Part shown: positions 54,935 through 64,000 of the stretch, one piece after another
Layout: every line of letters begins with the position of its first letter
Position numbering within the stretch: the first letter of the stretch is position 1
DNA from: Chiloscyllium plagiosum
Taxonomy: Eukaryota
Assembly: GCF_004010195.1 (NCBI RefSeq)
Contig: NC_057719.1
Location: forward strand, 31,166,957 to 31,230,956
Reading direction: 5' to 3'
Length of the DNA stretch: 64,000 nt
Made by a program: the position numbers and the translations under genes
Notes under the pieces: generated by a model
What the model was told of the DNA's origin: nothing
Databases searched by the model: none
The model's input: only the letters and a program-made list of their open reading frames with translations

Positions 54935-55334
54935 GTAACTTGTGACTGACTTTCAGTTTTCTTTTCACTTTTAATTATAACCTGGTTTTGTCTCAGACTG
55001 CTACTCCAAGCCAGCTTCTACTCAAAGGCTAAAATACAAGCCAGGTTTTGAAGAGATTTTGAGTTTGATCTTGGCTTTCAGTAGATGGTCTCCACATTTA
55101 CACATTTGAAATAAAACATTTACCCTTAGCAGTTTTCAGCTAATATCTTCTCTCTTTGTTAACAGGTTCATTAGTACTACAGTTTGTCAAGCTTTGCAGT
55201 GCAAATCAATGCAGTTTAACAAGTAAAGCAGGGCATTCCTGACAGTTTTACTTGGGTGCTATGATTTTTAAACTAAATTGGACTTTCCTTATTTTGTTTG
55301 TTTTTTGCTGAACTTTATTACATTTTGCGGTTAG

Positions 55335-55493
55335 AGGCTGTCAGTGATGTTCTAATGGGTCTGTGCCCTATGGTCTGTACCCCAAGCCTGCCCTACCTGG
55401 TCAGAATGCAGGAGCCATCTCACACTCTGAAGATCAAGGCTGTACGCGTGGAGAGCAGAACATAGTGATGTTCTTTCTACCCTCCACACAATG
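55335..55493 (+). other. PRPF39: Candidate PRPF39 poison exon in intron 3
   Basis: T-rich tract + ttAG, ATG|GTAATG donor, in-frame TAA at 55353-55. Confidence 0.6.
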
Positions 55494-55639
55494 GTAATGG
55501 CAGATTATTCAAACAAATTCCTGATTTTTATCTGCTTTTCTGAAAACAAAGTTATCCAGAAAGTAACATTTTTGGTGTAGAGACTCTCTGGTTGTTTTCT
55601 ATTAAGTACTAGTTATTACTAGAAACCTCTTTGTCATAG

Positions 55640-55758
55640 GTATACCGACGAGGTCTTCAAGCAATACCACTTAGCGTTGATCTTTGGCTTCACTATATCA
55701 ATTTCTTAAAAGAGACCTTGGACAGCAACTGTCCAGAGATTGATGACCAAATAAAAAG
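55640..55758 (+). CDS. PRPF39: PRPF39 exon 4 (VYRRGLQAIPLSVDLWLHYINFLKETLDSNCPEIDDQIK)
   Basis: catAG acceptor, AG|GTAATA donor, 119 nt, HAT-repeat peptide. Exon 5 was not seen in the window. Confidence 0.95.
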
Positions 55759-55891
55759 GTAATATTGTGTTTACTTCCTGAATTTTCCTTAATGCATCTT
55801 AACTCAATTTTATTGTTTTGTGGTCAGAACTGCAGTCGAGTATTGCTGATGAAAGACATTTTAACAAAGCTTTTCTTCTTGCGCTCATCAG

Positions 55892-55968
55892 GACTCACCC
55901 ACAAGAATACCAATGTATTGAGGTACAACATCTTATACTGTGAGCGAAGAGTGATGATTGATTGGTTA
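55892..55968 (+). other. PRPF39: Candidate PRPF39 poison exon in intron 4 (ends at 55964 or 55968)
   Basis: TTTTAAC branch-like site, cttttcttctt tract, catcAG acceptor, overlapping donors GTTAGT/GTAAGT, in-frame TGA at 55941-43. Confidence 0.65.
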
Positions 55969-57189
55969 GTAAGTGAATTCTGGACAAGACAGTGCTGCAA
56001 GAAATATGCTCGAGTGGCTGACACCAATTTTGTTCAGTTGAAGCAGGCACAATATTATTAATACATGTGTTTGCAAACATGTAACATAAACTGGGTGTCA
56101 GCATAATGCTTGGCACACTTCAGGACTGGCAGATCATGAGAGACTATGTCCTTTCAGCTGTTTGCAACAGGCAAGGTGCTGACTGTGTTCAACCAGCCCA
56201 ACTTGCAAAACTGAAGAAAACATTAGGTGCAATTCCAGCATGTGACAAATAATCCTAGATCTGGCAGGAATTGCACTGATAACCAACTTAAGATGGTCAT
56301 TTGGGTTTGCAGTATGGTGCACTTGCGCGCGCACACACACAAACTACAAGCATTAACACACAGGTCACTGTTAATGGTAGGCAAAAATTGCAGCCTCTTC
56401 AATTGAATAAAACATGCAATAATCATTCTCTGGTCAAGATGTTGCTCTGAAGAGGAAACCAAAGTCAACCATGTCTGGTTTAAATTTAAACAAATCTTGG
56501 TTGATGACTGAAAGTTAACTATGCATTCTCCATAGCAATATGTCTATCAGAGTGCACTTGTCACCCACCCAGCGCATAATTTTGTTGCATAAAATGCCAT
56601 TCCCCACTACATTGCAGTCATCAGGACATTCAAGATTCCAATGTAAAGAGCTTTGATATTCATTTTAGCCTCCCTTTGCATTGTACTGCCAATGTTTTCA
56701 ACTTGAAATTTATTGAACTAACTGATTTATGAATCAATAATTTTGACAACTAGCCATCCTAATGCTTCATAGAAGTTTGGCAGTCTACAATGGAGGTTTA
56801 TCCTATTATACAGTTGATCAAGGTTTTTGGTTTGTTCATAAAGTTAAGTAGGCCAAGTTTTTGAAATCTTTTGTCATGAATCTTATTCTGATTTTCAATG
56901 TCATAATATGCTGAACTGTATTAAAATTATTGCTCAGTGGTAAATTGTTAAGCTGTAGCTTATGCTTTGCTCTTCATTATTTTTGCGAAATAGAAAATTA
57001 TTGTTGGGTAGAGTTGGTTTAGACTACTCGAGAGTTTGGATACCAATAAGAACCAAAAAGATCTGCAGGTGCTGTAAATAAGAATCCAAAGCAGGAGTTG
57101 CTAGAGAAGCTCAGCAGGTCTGGTAGCATCTGTGAAGAGAAATCAAGGTTAATATTTTGGGTCCAATGACTCTAACAAACCTACCATAA

Positions 57190-60080
57190 CACTTTAAACT
57201 TTCTCAGCAAGTTTCACTCTCTTCACCTTGCAGATCTGATCTGTCCAACAATAATCTCTGCCACCTAATTTGGGACAAGCCCCTTTCACTCATACTATTC
57301 CATGTTGAGCACCACTTAGTGCTTGCACCAAGGGTGGTAAAGGTGTTGTATGTACTGAATGGGGGTTTCAATGTGCTCTGCCAAGAGTGGCTCAGTAGCA
57401 GCAGCACTGCTGATTGAGCTGGTTGAATCCTAATGGCCATTGCTGCTAGACTGGGTTTGCAGCAACTGGTGAGAGAACTGATAAGGGAGTAGCATACTTG
57501 ATTTCATTTTCATCAGTCTGCCTGCCCCAGAGGAATCTGTCATTGGCAGTATCAGTAAAAGTAACCACAGTGCAGTCCTTGTGGAGACAAAGTCTTGTCT
57601 TTGCATAGCGAGTACTTTAAATCATGTTTTCTAAATGGAAGAGGCTTCAAACAGATCATTCAAAACTGCAACTTTGTAGCCTGGCATGTCCCTGAATCCA
57701 CCATTACTATCCAGCCAGGAGATCAACCCTGGTTGAATGAAGAGTGTAGGAGGACCAAGAGGCATACCTAAAAGTGGGGTGTCAACTTTGTTGAAGCTAC
57801 AGTATGGGACTACATCATCCTTACACTATAAGCAATGAGTGACAGACAGCTGAGTGATTCCACAATTAATGGATCAGATCTAATTTCTGCAGTCTACTAT
57901 CTCAGCCAAAATGGAGGTAAACAATTTAAAAACTTGGTAGAAGAGGATCCACAAATAGCCTCATTCTCAATGATAGGGAAATGCCTCTCAGCAGTGTAAA
58001 AGACAAGGCTGAAGTATATGTGGCAACATTCAGCTAAAGTGCTAATTGGGTGATCTATCCTGGGCTCTTCTAGAGCTCTGTAGTATCAGAGATGCCAATC
58101 TTCAGCCAATTCTATTCATTCCGCGTACCAATAAGAAATGGCTGGATGTACTGAATACTGTAAAGGCTATGGCCCTGATACAATACCGTAGTACTGAAGA
58201 CATGCTCCAGAAACTGCCCTACCCCTAATCAAACTATTACGTGCAGTTAGAATGCTGGCATCTACCTGATAAGGTTGAAAATCCCCAAGGTTTTGCTAAA
58301 CACAAATCCAACCAGGCCAATTACTGCTCCATTGGTCTGCTCTGGACCATTAGTAAAATGATGGAAGGTGTCATTTAAGCAGCACTTTGCACAATAACCT
58401 GCTTGCTGATGCCTGGTTTCTGTTCCATTAGGACCACCTGAGGTTCTGCCATAACTACAGCCTTGATTCAAACATGGATAAAAGAGCTAAGTTTTTAAGT
58501 TGTGTGAATAAGGATGTTTGTGAATGATTGTGCAATATTCAGCATATTTAAGACCCCTTAGATGCTGAAATAGTCATGTCCAAATGTAGCAAGACCTGAA
58601 AAATATATGGGATTGGAGTGAAAAGTGGCATGTAACATTTGTAATTCAACTATTTCCAACAAGAGAATGTAGCCACACTCCCTTGAAGTTCAGTGGTAAA
58701 AATCTCTCAACGCCAGGTGCTCCGAAAGCTAGACTTCCAAATAAACTTGTTGAACTATAACTTGGTATTGTGATTTTTAACTTTATCCATGCCAGTCCAA
58801 CACGGGCACTTCCTCATCTTGAAGTTCAGTGGCATCGCTCTAACTGAATCCCATGTTTTCAACATCCTGGAGTTTACCATTGGTCATACAAAGTGGCTGC
58901 ATGAGCATGTCAGGAGAGGCTGATTTATTTATTGTTGTCTATCTTGTTAGAATATAGCAAAATGTTGTATAGTGTTGCCACTCTTCACCATCCTAAAGAA
59001 CATAAATAAAACCATAGAATATAAAGGCAGAAAAATGAAGAAATAGTGTCTATCTTTATGGTCCTTGTTAAGTGCTCTGTCATTGGGCTGGTGGCCAGAT
59101 GAGTCCCCTTCTCTCTGCCACCGATGTAAAGTTGTCACTCTTTAGTACCAGCTTCCCTCTGCCCTCACTGGACTTTGCCAATGCAAATGCCACCAATGCT
59201 GCCAGGTACTGCACTGGCCTAAACTCTATTCTGCCTTTGCCATGAGACCACTTCAGGCCCATCTTGCAGATGTAGCCACTCCTGATGAAGTGGCGTCTAG
59301 TACCAGGTCTGAACTCCCCACCTCCACCACTTCCATGAAACTGCACTGGAAGCAGATGCCACTGGGAACCCTCACTGCCCCGAATCTCCTTTGCAGGGCC
59401 TAGTTGAGTCTCAGCTGCTAGGCCCATTCGCTGTTGCTGATATTGTTGCCATGAGCAAGCTCCCCACCAAGAGGCAAGTAAAATGGAGAACAAAGAAATG
59501 AAAAGGAAAAGTGAATGAGCTCCGGGCTCCGAAGTCCTACCTCCCTCACTACCTTAGCAGAATTAGGAAGTAACTAAGAATCCTGCAGTGAGAAATTCAG
59601 TTCCTGATTCCCCAAAGCTTGTTCACTATCCACAAGTCAGGAGTGTTATGGAACCTTCCTCACTTGCTTGGGCACTTATGTTCCAAGACCATTCGAGAAT
59701 CTTGACACCATCGATGATAAAGCAGCCACATCCTCAAATATGTGTTCTCCACTGATGTTTATCAGCAGCATTGTGTACAAGCTGTTTTGCAGCAATTAAT
59801 CAAACATCATTAGCACCTTCCAAACTCACTATCACTTCCAACTAGAAGGGCAAGGGCAGTGGATGCACCTGCAAGATCCCTTTCAAGCCTTTCACTTTCT
59901 AACTTAGAAATGAAATATATCTGTTTCTTCAGTGTCACTGGGTCAAAATCCTGAAGCGCTCCCTTTCTAACAGCATTGTGGATCTACTTGCACATAGACT
60001 GCAGCAGTTGAGAAGGCAGCTCATCAACTTCTCAAGGGCAGCTAGGAATGGGTGATAAATATTGGCTAGCCTGTGGTGAG
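57190..60080 (+). mobile_element. Highly degraded L2/CR1-clade LINE with nested insertions
   Basis: Sequence similar to 14880-15080 and 16320-16990, with a shared 3' end (..ggatgggaataaatgctg..). Confidence 0.55.
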
Positions 60081-60232
60081 CCTTTTAAAAAGCTCCTATT
60101 TAAAATCCTCATTCTCCAGCTCAGGGTTTGTTTTTAATTTATGGTATGCATACTTTTATTGCACCCTTTTTTAATGCCAGGAAGGTAGTTAGGTATCAGT
60201 CACATTTGAGAGTCTGGGGTAATGCAAGTCAG

Positions 60233-60463
60233 TGTTGAAACTTTATTGCTGGAACAGCACAGCAGGTCAGGCAGCATCCAGGGAACAGGAGATTCGACGT
60301 TTCGGGCACAGGCCCTTCTTCAGGCCCTTCTCATTCCTGAAGAAGGGCCTGTGCCCGAAACGTCGAATCTCCTGTTCCCTGGATGCTGCCTGACCTGCTG
60401 TGCTGTTCCAGCAATAAAGTTTCAACTTTGATCTCCAGCATCTGCAGACCTCACTTTCTCCTC
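60233..60463 (+). mobile_element. Palindromic PLE-derived mini-element with an intact + strand hammerhead (60333-60368)
   Basis: Perfect 15-bp TSD ggtaatgcaagtcag at 60218-32 and 60464-78. The arm is essentially identical to 30240-30336. Confidence 0.92.
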
Positions 60464-61254
60464 GGTAATGCAAGTCAGCCTGGGTAAGGATGGCAGATAT
60501 CCTTCCCTCGGGGGCATGATTGCGTCTGATGGGGATTTTATGACTATCAGTAGTAGTTCATTGTCACCATTAGACTAGTTTTTTTTTAATTTCAAATTTA
60601 ACCTACTGCAGTGGGATTTGGATCCATGTTTATATTAACTTGGATTATGAGCCCAGTGACATTACCACAAAACCACTACAAACCATCGCAGCTGAATTCT
60701 TTCTGCTATTGTAACTTCATTTTTAGGATTAGAAGTTGTCAGTGTCCTACGTGACAAAGGATGGGAATGTGGGTTGTGATGGAGGAAAACCTGTGTAAGT
60801 GAATGGGGACCATGTTAGAGCATGGTCACACGAATTTGGAAACCATCTGTGATTGCCACCTACCACTTCAGCTGATGAAGACCCCAAGATAAATGAACAG
60901 ATTTAGGCTTTTTGACCCAACAAATCTGCTTTACCATTTGATCATGGTTGATTTGTTTCTCAACTGCATTCTCCTGTCTTCTCCCAGTAACCCTTGATCT
61001 TCTTCCTAGCCTTGAATACACTCAATTACTTTGCTTCCACAGCCTTCTGCAGAAGTGAGATCTGCAGATTCACCACCCTCTGCCTTAAGAAATTCCTCAT
61101 GTCTGTTCTAATGCATCATCCCTTTACTGAGGCTGTGCCCTTGAGTCCTAATCCGTTGTCAAAATCTCTTTAAATATATCCCCTCTATCCAGGACTGTCA
61201 GTATTTTGGAAGTTTCAATCGGATCCACCTCATCCTTCTAAACTTCAAATGTAG

Positions 61255-61426
61255 GAGAAAGTGAGGACTGCAGATGCTGGAGATCAGATATGGAAAAGCG
61301 CAGCAAGTCAGGCAGCATCCAAGGACCAGGAGAATCGACGTTTCGGGCATGAGCATTTCCTGAAGAAGGGCTCATGCCCGAAACATCGATTCTCCTGCTC
61401 CTTGGATGCTGCCTGACCTGCTGCGC
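61255..61426 (-). mobile_element. Palindromic PLE-derived mini-element
   Basis: TSD aaact(t/c)caaatgtag at 61240-54 and 61427-41. The hammerhead has GTC changed to ATC. Confidence 0.85.
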
Positions 61427-61979
61427 AAACTCCAAATGTAGTCCAAGAGTCCTCAACTGATCCTGATATGACAAGCCCTTCGTCACTAGGATCATTCATA
61501 TAAAGCTCCTTTTGCCCCTCAAAGGTCAGCACCTCTTTAGAAACATCATCAAAACCGCTGACAATATTGCAAGTGTAGTCTGCCCAGAGTCTCGGCCTCA
61601 ACAGTACATCTTGTCTGGTATTCTAGCTCTTGAAATGAATGCTAACATTGCATTTGCCTTCCTACCTGCTAACTATTCCTGTGTGTTAACCTTAAGAGAA
61701 TACTGAACTAGGTGATAAGGTGCTGCTAAAAGGTTAGTTCACAAGGTTGGCTCATAGAGGTTTAAGGGTAATTTATTAGCTTGGTTGGTGTCTGGTTGAC
61801 AGACAGAAGACCGAGTCAGGATAAGTGGACTTTTCTTGCCATCCAGAAAAAAAGTAACTACTAGGTGCTACGTGGTTCACCTCTTGGACCCCAGCTATTA
61901 TTAATGACTTGGATTCTCATTAACAGGGGTAGAAGGCTCTATAGCTAAATTTGTGGATGACACCAAAATAGGTGGGACG

Positions 61980-63215
61980 GTTGTCATATACATGAACTTT
62001 AGTAAGGTGTTTGATAAGGTTCCTTATGGTAGACTAATGGAGAAAGTGAAGTCACATTGTGCCAAAAGAGAAAATGCTGGAAAATCTCAACAGGTCTGGC
62101 AGCATTGTGTCGGGTATTCTAGCTAGGTGGATTAAAAAAAACTGGTTGAGCAGCAGGAGACAGTGGTAGTTGAAGGGAGTTTCTCGAAGTGGAGAAAGGT
62201 GACCAGTGGTGTTCCACAGGGGTCAGTGTTGGGTCCACTGTTGTTTGTAATATACATAAATGATCTGGAAGAGGGCACTGTTGGTATGATCAGCAAGTTT
62301 GCAGATGACACGAAGATTGGTGGAGTAGCAGAAAGCATAAGGGACTGTCAGAGAATACAGGCAGATATAGATAGACTGGAGAGTTGGGCTGAAAAGTGGC
62401 AGATGGTTCTCAATCCAGACAAATGTGAGGTGATGTATTTAGGCAAGACTAATTCTAGAGCGAATTATACACTGAACGGAAGAGCCTTGGGAAAAGTTGA
62501 TGGGCAGAGAGATCAGGGAGTGCAGGTCCATTGTACCCTGAAGGTTGCTGCACGGGTGGATGGAGTGGTCAAGAAGGTATATAGTATGCTTGCCTTCATT
62601 GGACAGGGTATTGAGCATAAGAGCTGGCAAGTCATGTTAAAATTGTACAGGACATTGGTTCGGCTGCATTTAGAATACTGTATACAGTTCTGGTTGCTAC
62701 ATTACCAAAAGGATGTGGACGTTTTGGAGAGGCTGCAGAGAAGGTTTACGAGGATGTTGCCTGGTATGGAAGGTGCTAGCTATGAAGAGAGGTTGAGTAG
62801 GTTAGGTTTGTTTTCATTAGAAAAAAGGAGATTGAGGGGGGACCTGATTGAGGTTTACAAAATCATGAAGGATATAGACAGGATGGATAGAGACAAGCTT
62901 TTTCCCAGGGTGAAGGATTCAATAACAAGAGGTCAAGCTTTCAAGGTGAGAGGTGGAAAGCTAAAGGGGGATACACACGGCAAGTACTTCATACAGAGGG
63001 TGGTGGGAGTTTGGAATGCGTTGCCAGCAGAGGTGGTAGAGGCAGGCACAATAGATTCATTTAAGATGCGTCTGGACAGATGCATGAGTAGGTGGGGAGC
63101 AGAGGGATACAGAACCTTAAGAATTGACCGACCGATTTAGAGAGTACATTTGGATAGGCTCAGGCTTGGAGGGCCGAAGTGCCTGTTCCTGGGCTGTAAA
63201 ATTTCTTTGTTCCTT
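61980..63215 (+). mobile_element. CR1 LINE 3' end, uninterrupted 325-aa RT C-terminal ORF (62163-63140)
   Basis: [34 protein letters not shown] motifs. Confidence 0.92.
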
Positions 63216-63257
63216 GTAAGTTGCAATGAGGAAATAAGAACCTTATAAATGGATATG

Positions 63258-63572
63258 GATTAGATTAGATCCCTTACAGTATGGAAACAGACCCTTCACC
63301 CCAGCAAGTCCATACCGCACCTCCAAAGAGTAACCCACCCAGACCCAATCCCCTACCCTATATTTACTCCTGACTAATGCACCTAACACTACGGGCAATT
63401 TAGCTTGGCCAATTTGCCCAACCTGGATTGTGGGAGGAAACCGGAGCACCCGGACGAAACCCATAGGGAGAATGTGCAAACTCCACACAGACTGTTGCCC
63501 ATGGCAGGTATCGAACCCGGGTTCCTGGTGCTGTGAGACAGCAGTGCTAACTACTGTGCCACCGTGTCGCCT
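63258..63572 (-). mobile_element. V-SINE
   Basis: Reverse-strand tRNA head and V-domain. Confidence 0.85.
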
Positions 63573-64000
63573 CCGGTTAGGAGAATGGGCCTAAATGTGG
63601 TAGATGGAGTTTCACTTGGATAAGTGTGAGGTCTTGCATATTGATTGGAAAAAATGGAAAGGTGAGCTATTATCTAAATGGGGAGAGACTTTGGGGTGCT
63701 CCAATGCAGAGGGATCTGGGTGTCCTCGTTCATGAGTTACAGCGAACTAGCATGCAGGTACAGCAGGTAATAAGGCAAATGAAATGTTGGCTTTTGTAGC
63801 TAAAGGAACAGAATATAAATGTAAGGAAGTATTGTTGCAGTTAGACAAGGCATTGGTGAAACTACACCTGGAGTATTGTGGACAGGCTTGGTCCCTTGAT
63901 TTGAGGAAAGATGTAGTGGCATTGGAGGCAGTTCAGAGGAGGTTCCCTAGATCTATCCCAAAGATGAGGATTTTTCATATGAACAGAGATTGAACAGTTT

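Noticed and set aside
55344..55430. Possible C/D snoRNA (GTGATGT...CTGA) such as SNORD127
   Set aside because: Imperfect C box, no terminal stem and no recognised antisense element. The segment is better explained as a cassette exon.
55830..55846. Short resemblance to the SCARNA13/U93 3' hairpin (tgcagtcgag..tattg)
   Set aside because: The expected U5 and U2 guide sequences (CCACGG, AGATATT) are absent.

Overview
Vertebrate genomic DNA, very likely a shark or other cartilaginous fish (HE1-type V-SINEs, abundant CR1 LINEs). There are two assembly gaps (29360-29901, 33805-34126). The window holds the last seven coding exons and 3'UTR of TOGARAM1/FAM179B (+, 2945-22966, including a GC-AG intron), a ~19 kb repeat-dense intergenic region, a CpG-rich promoter, and coding exons 1-4 of the U1 snRNP-associated splicing factor PRPF39 (+, 42364-55758; the gene continues beyond the window). 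Two things stand out. (1) Several families of Penelope-like elements (PLEs) and short non-coding palindromic derivatives carry minimal type I hammerhead ribozyme motifs and repeatedly show ~15-bp target-site duplications; some motifs lie in the sense orientation of host introns. (2) PRPF39 introns 3-4 contain a cluster of three candidate stop-codon (poison) exons whose splice sites sit in or beside predicted RNA hairpins. Exon boundaries were read directly from the sequence; repeat boundaries are approximate.
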